Positions 57,147 to 64,000 of a stretch of DNA of 64,000 bases are shown in pieces. The DNA comes from Nautiliaceae bacterium (GTDB taxonomy: Bacteria; Campylobacterota; Campylobacteria; Campylobacterales; Nautiliaceae). Each line of letters starts with the position of its first letter. The stretch's first letter is position 1. The stretch covers positions 878 to 64,877 of the forward strand of contig JALVTJ010000063.1 of the NCBI GenBank assembly GCA_027036005.1, given 5' to 3'. Below the pieces are notes generated by a model. That model was given only the letters and a program-made list of their open reading frames with translations, was not told the DNA's origin and searched no databases. Both the position numbers and the translations under genes were made by a program.

Positions 57147-58900
57147 TATTTTTTTTATATTTAGTTTTGATTTATAGAGTTTATGAGTTAAGCATTGTAT
57201 CTTTTAGAAAATATAATACTCTTTCCAAACAAAATTATATCAAACAAATCCCTATTGCTCCCGTAAGAGGTATCATTTTCGATAGAAACAATATTCCTAT
57301 TGCGATAAATCAACTTAGATTTAATTTGGCTTTGAAAGCTCATTTAAGTAGTAAAGAATTAAATAATACAATTGATGATATTTCAGAAGTTATGGATATA
57401 AATAAAAGTAAAATTTATTCAATTTATAAAAAATATAACTCTCCTTATAATAATAAAGATATTCCCGTTATTATGTATTTAACCAAAAACGAAGTATATA
57501 AAATCGAGCCTATTTTATCGTTAAATCCTGATATTGCATTTGAAACTACTTATATGAGATATTATCCTTATAAATTTTATCTTTCCAATGTTTTAGGATA
57601 TGTATCAAGAGCTAATCTTAAAGATTTAAAAAGAAATCCTGTTATAGAATATACCCAGGTTTCTGGTAAAAGAGGAATAGAAAAATATTATGACAATATT
57701 CTTCAAGGTAGTTTGGGATATAAAAAAGTATTAGTAAATGCAAGAAACAGAATATTAAAAGTATTAAAAATCGTGCCTCCTAAAACACATAAAATCGTAT
57801 TGACAATAGATAAAAATTTACAAAAAGATATATATAATATGATGATAAAAGAAAAAAAAAGAGGAGCAGTTGTTGTAATGAGAACAAACGGCGAAGTATT
57901 GGCTCTTGTTTCAGTGCCTTCGTATGATAATAATTTGTTTGTAAAGGGAATAAGCTATAAAGAGTGGAATAAACTTTCGCACAATATTTATAATCCTTTG
58001 CTTGATAAACCGGTAAGCGGACTTTATCCTCCGGGTTCTACTGTTAAACCATCAGAAGCCCTTGGCGCAATAGTTAGCGGAAAATGGAATCCTTGGAAAA
58101 AAATAGAGTGTCCCGGATTTTTAGAAATTGGAAATAGAAAATTCAGAGATTGGGATCCTTGGGGGCATGGAAAAACGGATATTATTAAAGCCATAAAAGA
58201 GAGTGTAGATACATATTTTTATCAAGTCGGATTAAAATTGGGTATTAATTATTTATCAAAAATATTTAAACAAATGGGATTTGGTAAAAAAACTGGGATA
58301 GATTTACCGAATGAAAAAAGCGGAATTGTTCCTAATAAAATATGGAAAGCAAAAAAATATCATCAACCTTGGTTTTTGGGTGAAACTTTGAATGTTTCAA
58401 TAGGACAAGGTTATTTTTTAGTAACACCTATTCAAGTGGCTGTTGATACTGCTCTTATTGCCAGTGGGAAACTTCCTAAACCTTTTATTGTTAAACAAAT
58501 AGATAATAATATTACAAAGCCCCTTTTAAAAGACGTGTTAAATAAAAAAGAGAAGAAAGCTTTGTGGATTGTTAGAAAAGGAATGTGGGAAGTTTGTAAT
58601 GCTCCGGGAGGAACAGCTACGAGACATATTCATACAAAAATTGTAATTGCAGGAAAAACAGGAACAGCCCAGGTTTATTCAATGCCTCAAATAGTAAAAA
58701 AAAGAAAAAAAGAAGATGAAGTCGCATATTTTCATCGTTCTCATGCCTGGCTTACGACATTTGGACCTTACAAGCATCCCCAGTTTGTTGTAACAGTTTT
58801 AATTGAACATGGAGGACACGGAGGAGGAAGTGCAACAGGAGATATTGTAAGTTTTATTTATAATTATTTAGTGAATAAAGGGTATATAAAAACTCACTGA
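57119..58900 (+). CDS. mrdA: penicillin-binding protein 2 (elongasome transpeptidase)
   Basis: 593 aa with an N-terminal TM segment. STVK, SVD and KTGT transpeptidase motifs. GTG start. Confidence 0.92.
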   Translation: MRTKIILFLIFFLYLVLIYRVYELSIVSFRKYNTLSKQNYIKQIPIAPVRGIIFDRNNIPIAINQLRFNLALKAHLSSKELNNTIDDISEVMDINKSKIYSIYKKYNSPYNNKDIPVIMYLTKNEVYKIEPILSLNPDIAFETTYMRYYPYKFYLSNVLGYVSRANLKDLKRNPVIEYTQVSGKRGIEKYYDNILQGSLGYKKVLVNARNRILKVLKIVPPKTHKIVLTIDKNLQKDIYNMMIKEKKRGAVVVMRTNGEVLALVSVPSYDNNLFVKGISYKEWNKLSHNIYNPLLDKPVSGLYPPGSTVKPSEALGAIVSGKWNPWKKIECPGFLEIGNRKFRDWDPWGHGKTDIIKAIKESVDTYFYQVGLKLGINYLSKIFKQMGFGKKTGIDLPNEKSGIVPNKIWKAKKYHQPWFLGETLNVSIGQGYFLVTPIQVAVDTALIASGKLPKPFIVKQIDNNITKPLLKDVLNKKEKKALWIVRKGMWEVCNAPGGTATRHIHTKIVIAGKTGTAQVYSMPQIVKKRKKEDEVAYFHRSHAWLTTFGPYKHPQFVVTVLIEHGGHGGGSATGDIVSFIYNYLVNKGYIKTH

Positions 58901-59121
58901 CAAGCAGGTTTTAGTCCTAATTTACAAGCTTTGTTTTTAAAAATAATGTTTTTGGTTAATTGATAATATGAAAAACACCCCCATGCATTTTTTTCTTTTT
59001 TACAAGCAAGTTTGAAATATTTTTCAGCTTTTGAATAATTTTTGGCTAAAAGTGCATATAAACCTGCATTATAATAATTCGCAAATACAAAAATAGGTAA
59101 GACAAATAATATTTTCTTCAT
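58894..59121 (-). CDS. small secreted Sel1-like-repeat, Cys-rich protein (Hcp-like)
   Basis: 75 aa. Signal peptide and A.KYFKLACKK....GC ... KACKLG...AC pattern with four Cys. Confidence 0.55.
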   Translation of the reverse strand: MKKILFVLPIFVFANYYNAGLYALLAKNYSKAEKYFKLACKKEKNAWGCFSYYQLTKNIIFKNKACKLGLKPACQ

Positions 59122-59131
59122 TTTTAACTCC

Positions 59132-60094
59132 TTATATAATAAATTTTTGAATTTCTTTTTTTCCTATTTTGTGTCCAGTTAATTTTTTATTGTTTATTAT
59201 TATATCACCTTTTTCGAATTTCGTATAGCTTACCATAAAATCGGCCGCTTTTTGTCTTATATTTTCAGGTGCGTTTTTTTGAATAACTCCTACGGGTCCA
59301 GGGAAATTATCAGGAAACATTTTTATGAATTTATCTCCTTTATAATTTTTCAAAACCTGATTTTCTTCCGCTTTTCTGGAAATAATTATTTTGTATCCTT
59401 CATAATTTATATGTCTTCCGACTTTTAAAATATCTATTTCATTTTTTGTTAGTTTTAAATGTTTTGAATAATCTTTTAATCTTTTAGCGAAATTAATATC
59501 TGTTAAAAGACAGCCGCCTGCTGGGGATTCGTAATTGGAGAGTGAGAATTTTTTTGCAAGTTCCATCTGTTTTTTTCTGTCTCTGCCTTTAATGTCAAGA
59601 AGTTTTTCTCTCTCAACCCATCCTTTTGTTTCAGGTAAACTCGGCGGTAAAAGTTTTGCACTTAGAGGTCTTAAAACAATATTTTCAGCGTTTGAGAGTT
59701 TATTGACACATCTCATAGCTTCAATTCTCTGACTCATCGGTCTTTGTCCAAGCACTTCCCCGCTTATTATAAATTTTGCACCTGTTTTTTCCATTAATTC
59801 TTTTGCTTTTTTTATCATAAACGCATGACAATCGATACACGGGTTAAAATTTTTGCCGTATCCGTAAACAGGGTTAAAAAGAATTTTTTCAATATATTCG
59901 TCTCTTGCATCGATTATATGAAGTTTAATGCCAAGTTCGTTCGCTTTTTGTTTTAAATATTCGATTTTTTCTTTGTTTGATTCGAATCCTAAATCAATAT
60001 AAGCTGCTTCGATTTGAATGTTTTGCCTTTGGATTAATTTTATTGCGAGAATACTGTCAAGTCCGCCGCTAAAAAGTGCTATCGCTTTCAACAA
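59132..60094 (-). CDS. PP-loop ATP pyrophosphatase, ThiI-like catalytic domain without THUMP
   Basis: 320 aa. SGGLDS PP-loop, NPCIDCH, and GEVLGQRPMSQ resembling the ThiI GE.LGQ..SQ block. Confidence 0.75.
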   Translation of the reverse strand: MLKAIALFSGGLDSILAIKLIQRQNIQIEAAYIDLGFESNKEKIEYLKQKANELGIKLHIIDARDEYIEKILFNPVYGYGKNFNPCIDCHAFMIKKAKELMEKTGAKFIISGEVLGQRPMSQRIEAMRCVNKLSNAENIVLRPLSAKLLPPSLPETKGWVEREKLLDIKGRDRKKQMELAKKFSLSNYESPAGGCLLTDINFAKRLKDYSKHLKLTKNEIDILKVGRHINYEGYKIIISRKAEENQVLKNYKGDKFIKMFPDNFPGPVGVIQKNAPENIRQKAADFMVSYTKFEKGDIIINNKKLTGHKIGKKEIQKFII

Positions 60095-61697
60095 GTTCTC
60101 CTTTTTTAAGTCTCAAAAGTTTTAAATTGAGCATTTTTAACATATGCATTTTTTTATTGGTTTCCACGTGTTCGTTTAATTTTATTTGTGTTATTTTTTC
60201 CTGATAAAAAGGAATTAAAATTTTTCTTATCTGGTTTTTGAGCGTTTTTAAATCGTGTATTTTAACATCGTCTCTTAAAACAATTTCAATGAGTTTTGGA
60301 TTTTCAAAATTTTCTTTATATATTTCCGAAAGTTCATAAGAATGCGTTTTAAACATCTCGGGGGTTAAATATTCGACTATTTCGTTCATAATTTCGGGAT
60401 TTTCATAAAGAGTTTTTATAATACTTGCTTCTGCTATGTCTATTTTTTTGTTTGAATTTAAATTTTGAGAAAAGTTTTTTGTTTTTACTTTTAAAAATTG
60501 AGGGGATATTTGCAAAAATCTTGCCGCTTTATTTGCAAAATCCTCTTTTAAAAGTTCGGGCAAGGTGTTTATGTATGATTTTATTTCTTCAATTGCATCT
60601 TTTTTGGCGACCGGATTTTTTAAATTGTATTTTTTCAGGGTATATTCGATTATAAAATCGGAAAAGGAGATTTTATTATTCATTATTTCTTGAATGTTTT
60701 TGTTTTTTTTAACCGCATCAGCCGGATCTTCCCCTTCATCAAACAAAACAACGCCTCCTTCAAAATATTCTTTGTATAAAAGTTTGGAGGCTTTAAGTGC
60801 GGCGTTTATACCTGCTGTATCGCTGTCATATGCTACGGTAATATTCGGTTTTAGTTTTTGTAAAATCGGGAGGTGTTCTTTGGTTAGTGCTGTTCCGAGT
60901 GTGGCAGTCGCATTTTCGATTCCTGCTTGATGAAGCATTATTACATCCATATATCCTTCGACTATAATGATTTTTTTACTTCTTAAAATATGTTCTCTTG
61001 CAAAATTAAGCCCGTAAAACGTTTTAGATTTATTAAAAATTTTGGTGTTTGTGAAATTTATATATTTTGCAGGATGGTTTGAGATTGTTCTGCCTCCGAA
61101 TGCTATTATTTTACCGCTTTGAGAAAAAATAGGAAAAGTAATTCTTTCTATTAGTCTTGGATATTCTCCGCTTTCGTTTAAAACACCAAGCTCGATTAAG
61201 TCTTTATTGTTTAAATTTGCGTTTTTAAAAAATTGAATTTGTTCAAAACTTCCGGGGGCATAGCCGAGTTGGAATTTTTCTATGGTGGAATCGAATAATC
61301 CTCTTTCTTTTAGATAATTTAGAGCTTCTTTGTTTTTATAAAGATTTGAAATATAAAACGAATTTACTTTTTCAAGCAGGTCGATATGCACAAAATTATT
61401 TGAAGAGGTGTATTCAAGTTTGAAATTATACATATTTGCAAGTTTTTCAATAGCTTCGGGATAAGTAAGTTTTTCTATATCCATAATGAATTTTATAGCA
61501 TCTCCACTTGCCCCGCATCCGAAACAATGAAATATCTGTTTAGAGGGACTTACAACGAAAGAAGGTGTTTTTTCACTGTGAAAAGGGCAAAGGGCGGCAT
61601 AATTGCTCCCTTGCTTTTTTAATTGGACATAATTGCCTATAACATCCACGATATCTATTATGCTTTTTAGGTTTTCTATTGATTCTGCTTTTATCAT
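60069..61697 (-). CDS. dnaG: DNA primase
   Basis: Zinc ribbon CPFHSEKTPSF...CFGCG and TOPRIM EGYMDV. 542 aa. Confidence 0.95.
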   Translation of the reverse strand: MIKAESIENLKSIIDIVDVIGNYVQLKKQGSNYAALCPFHSEKTPSFVVSPSKQIFHCFGCGASGDAIKFIMDIEKLTYPEAIEKLANMYNFKLEYTSSNNFVHIDLLEKVNSFYISNLYKNKEALNYLKERGLFDSTIEKFQLGYAPGSFEQIQFFKNANLNNKDLIELGVLNESGEYPRLIERITFPIFSQSGKIIAFGGRTISNHPAKYINFTNTKIFNKSKTFYGLNFAREHILRSKKIIIVEGYMDVIMLHQAGIENATATLGTALTKEHLPILQKLKPNITVAYDSDTAGINAALKASKLLYKEYFEGGVVLFDEGEDPADAVKKNKNIQEIMNNKISFSDFIIEYTLKKYNLKNPVAKKDAIEEIKSYINTLPELLKEDFANKAARFLQISPQFLKVKTKNFSQNLNSNKKIDIAEASIIKTLYENPEIMNEIVEYLTPEMFKTHSYELSEIYKENFENPKLIEIVLRDDVKIHDLKTLKNQIRKILIPFYQEKITQIKLNEHVETNKKMHMLKMLNLKLLRLKKGELVESDSTF

Positions 61698-61743
61698 AAG
61701 CGAATTATACTATAATAACATTAATAAAAAATATGGAGCGTAA

Positions 61744-62697
61744 ATGAATTACAGAGATCCGCTTTTTAGTGTAATTGTTTTTTTTCTCCTTATTCTTTTT
61801 GCCATTATTTTTTCTTTGGTTTTTGAAAAAATAAGGGAATATTTAAGACAAAAAGAGATAGAGGATTTAATCAAAAATTTCGAATATATATCAACAAAAG
61901 ATTTGGAAAACCCTATAAACGCTATGATTTTGCTTGCAAAAGCATATGAAAAAGAAGGAAATTACGAAAAAGCTCTTAAAATTTTCCTTTTAATCGAAAA
62001 GAAAAAGCCTTCGAATGAAGTACTTTTAAATATTGCGAATTTATATTTTAAAGCAGGTTTTTTGCAAAAAGCTGCTGAGATTGTATATAAAATTTTAAAA
62101 ACAACTCCGAGAAATATCGAAGCTTTAAAACTATTGATTTTAATAAATGAAAAGCTGGGTAATATCAATGAAATTATCGATATTTTGGAAGTTTTTGAAG
62201 AAATGGAAATCAATCTTCCAAGAGAAAAAGCCAATGCGCTCATTAAACTTTTTTTGAATAAAAGATGCGAAATTGAGTATTTTTGCGATGATATTGAGAC
62301 ATTTAAAGATATATACGAAAAATATCCTTTTGTAAAAAGAGAATATATTGAGTATCTTTTTAAAATAGAGCCTCAAAAAGCGTATGAAATACTTGATGTA
62401 TATGAGCATCTTGATTTGTATTACAACAGAATCGATATTCCGGATAATGAAAAATTTTGTAATATTTTAGCGGCAAAAAAGAAAAAAACTTGCTTCAAAA
62501 AGGCTGCTTTTGAAATAGAGTGCCTAAAATATCTGCCTCAAAATTTAGCCGAATTAGAATTTGAATATTACTGCGAGAACTGTAAAAAAACATTTCCGCT
62601 ATATTCAACCAGATGTCCTAAATGCCACGAACTTTTTTCACACAGACTTTTGATAAAACTTTCGGAAAAAAAAGATATTGAGAATATTGAATTTTAA
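61744..62697 (+). CDS. lapB: LPS assembly regulator LapB/YciM-like (TM, TPR, rubredoxin-type zinc finger)
   Basis: N-terminal TM segment, TPR repeats, and C-terminal CENC...CPKC pair. Confidence 0.78.
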   Translation: MNYRDPLFSVIVFFLLILFAIIFSLVFEKIREYLRQKEIEDLIKNFEYISTKDLENPINAMILLAKAYEKEGNYEKALKIFLLIEKKKPSNEVLLNIANLYFKAGFLQKAAEIVYKILKTTPRNIEALKLLILINEKLGNINEIIDILEVFEEMEINLPREKANALIKLFLNKRCEIEYFCDDIETFKDIYEKYPFVKREYIEYLFKIEPQKAYEILDVYEHLDLYYNRIDIPDNEKFCNILAAKKKKTCFKKAAFEIECLKYLPQNLAELEFEYYCENCKKTFPLYSTRCPKCHELFSHRLLIKLSEKKDIENIEF

Positions 62698-62726
62698 TGG
62701 TAAAATTCAAATAAAAAAGGTCTGAA

Positions 62727-64000
62727 ATGGGATATATGGAAATTGATAAAAACTCTCTTGATGATATTTTGGCAAAACATAAATTAAGCAAAGAAGATTA
62801 CGAACATATTATAAAAATACTCGGACGTGAGCCGAATTTGGTGGAACTTGGAATTTTTAGCGCAATGTGGAGCGAACATTGCAGTTACAAATCAAGTAAA
62901 TGTTATTTAAAAGGATTTCCAACCGAGGCGCCTTGGGTTATTCAAGGACCTGGCGAAAATGCTGGCGTTATTGATATTGGTGATGGAATGGCGGCTGTTT
63001 TTAAAATGGAATCTCATAATCATCCGAGTTTTATAGAACCTTATCAGGGTGCCGCAACGGGAGTGGGCGGGATTTTGAGAGATGTTTTTACAATGGGAGC
63101 AAGACCCGTTGCAAACCTAAATGCGATAAGATTTGCTAATGTTAAAGGAAATGACGAGAATGCCAAGCTTCATAGACACTTGCTAAGCGGGGTTGTTGCC
63201 GGAATTGCGGGATATGGAAACTGTATAGGAGTGCCTACAATAGGAGGAGAGACGGCTTTTGAGGAGAGTTATAAAGGAAATATTTTGGTTAACGCCTTTT
63301 CTCTTGGGATAGCACCTCAAAATGAGATTTTTTACGCCAAAGCGGAAGGAGTTGGAAACCCCGTAATTTATGTAGGAAGTAAAACCGGAAGGGATGGTCT
63401 TGGAGGGGCCGTTATGAGTAGTGATAGTTTTAAAGAGGGAGATGAAGACCAAAGACCGACAGTTCAAGTTGGAGATCCGTTTACGGAAAAGTTGTTAATG
63501 GAAGCTTGTTTGGAGCTTTTTAAAACTGATTACATTGTCGGTATCCAAGATATGGGAGCCGCAGGACTTACATCGAGCAGTTTCGAAATGGCGAGTAAAA
63601 GCGGCAGCGGGCTTAAAATGTATCTTGACAAGGTTCCTATGAGAGAAGAGGGGATGAATCCATATGAATTGATGCTTAGCGAATCACAAGAGAGAATGCT
63701 TATTTGTGCAAAAAAAGGATATGAAGAAAAAATTATAGAAATTTTCAAAAAATGGGATTTGGATGCCGAGGTAATTGGTGAAGTTACTAATACTGGAAAA
63801 GTCGAATTGTTTTGGTATGGAGAGAAAGTCGCCGATATTCCGGTAGGTCCTATTACGGATGAAGCGCCAGAGCTTTGCAGACCTGTAAGAAAGCCTGAAT
63901 ATTTAAAAAACGTTGAAGATATCGAAATTCCTAAAATCAATGTGCAAGAAGCATTTGAAAAACTTATTGCTCAGAGCGAAGTGGTTGATAAAGCGTGGAT
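62727..64000 (+). CDS. purL: phosphoribosylformylglycinamidine synthase subunit PurL (3'-truncated by the window edge)
   Basis: Not in the ORF track because it has no stop in the window. I translated it by hand: ...[18 protein letters not shown]...ESHNHPS...[10 protein letters not shown]. Open to position 64000. Confidence 0.93.
   Translation, partial: MGYMEIDKNSLDDILAKHKLSKEDYEHIIKILGREPNLVELGIFSAMWSEHCSYKSSKCYLKGFPTEAPWVIQGPGENAGVIDIGDGMAAVFKMESHNHPSFIEPYQGAATGVGGILRDVFTMGARPVANLNAIRFANVKGNDENAKLHRHLLSGVVAGIAGYGNCIGVPTIGGETAFEESYKGNILVNAFSLGIAPQNEIFYAKAEGVGNPVIYVGSKTGRDGLGGAVMSSDSFKEGDEDQRPTVQVGDPFTEKLLMEACLELFKTDYIVGIQDMGAAGLTSSSFEMASKSGSGLKMYLDKVPMREEGMNPYELMLSESQERMLICAKKGYEEKIIEIFKKWDLDAEVIGEVTNTGKVELFWYGEKVADIPVGPITDEAPELCRPVRKPEYLKNVEDIEIPKINVQEAFEKLIAQSEVVDKAW

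Overview
This is an AT-rich, very gene-dense chromosomal window. I call 69 protein genes. There is little non-coding DNA, many stops and starts overlap, and TTG/GTG starts are frequent.

Several gene orders match what I recall from Campylobacterota: icd-mdh-sucCD-oorDABC, cbpA-hspR, lysC-hobA-holB-folP and kdsC-lptC-lptA. A six-gene Ech-type [NiFe] hydrogenase, a two-subunit Fe-S (class I) fumarase and 2-oxoglutarate:ferredoxin oxidoreductase point to an anaerobic or microaerobic H2-using lineage, possibly using the reductive TCA cycle (Nautiliales-like). That assignment is inference only.

Content is overwhelmingly housekeeping:
- Proteolysis, repair and translation: ClpA/Aat, MetG, DnaG, PurL.
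- Central carbon: the TCA block, malic enzyme, FBPase.
- Envelope: LPS/Lpt genes, murein enzymes, PBP2, FlgH.
- Cofactors: Pdx, Fol and molybdenum cofactor genes.

I found no rRNA, tRNA, CRISPR array, transposase, integrase or recognisable defence island, and I cannot point to a clear-cut novel multi-gene system.

Features that ordinary annotation does not explain:
1. A dispersed family of 7-nt-periodic purine-rich tracts (units like ATGGAAA/TTGAGAA) at gene boundaries. One copy is embedded in frame inside hemW and another forms its 5' end.
2. A divergent XRE-HTH/S24 self-cleaving-type repressor and Y-family polymerase pair with a perfect palindromic operator. This is a minimal SOS-like cassette.
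3. A lipoprotein tetraheme cytochrome c whose start overlaps the stop of a cytoplasmic 2-hydroxyacid dehydrogenase, directly downstream of the ech operon.
4. A shared upstream motif in front of three central-carbon transcription units.
5. Several gene-start and cis-element observations: a HAIR operator on a consensus promoter, a sigma54 promoter for flgH, a recurring TTTTTGATAAAAT extended -10, and a methyltransferase with no canonical start codon.

All coordinates and counts were obtained by reading the sequence by hand. No database search was run.
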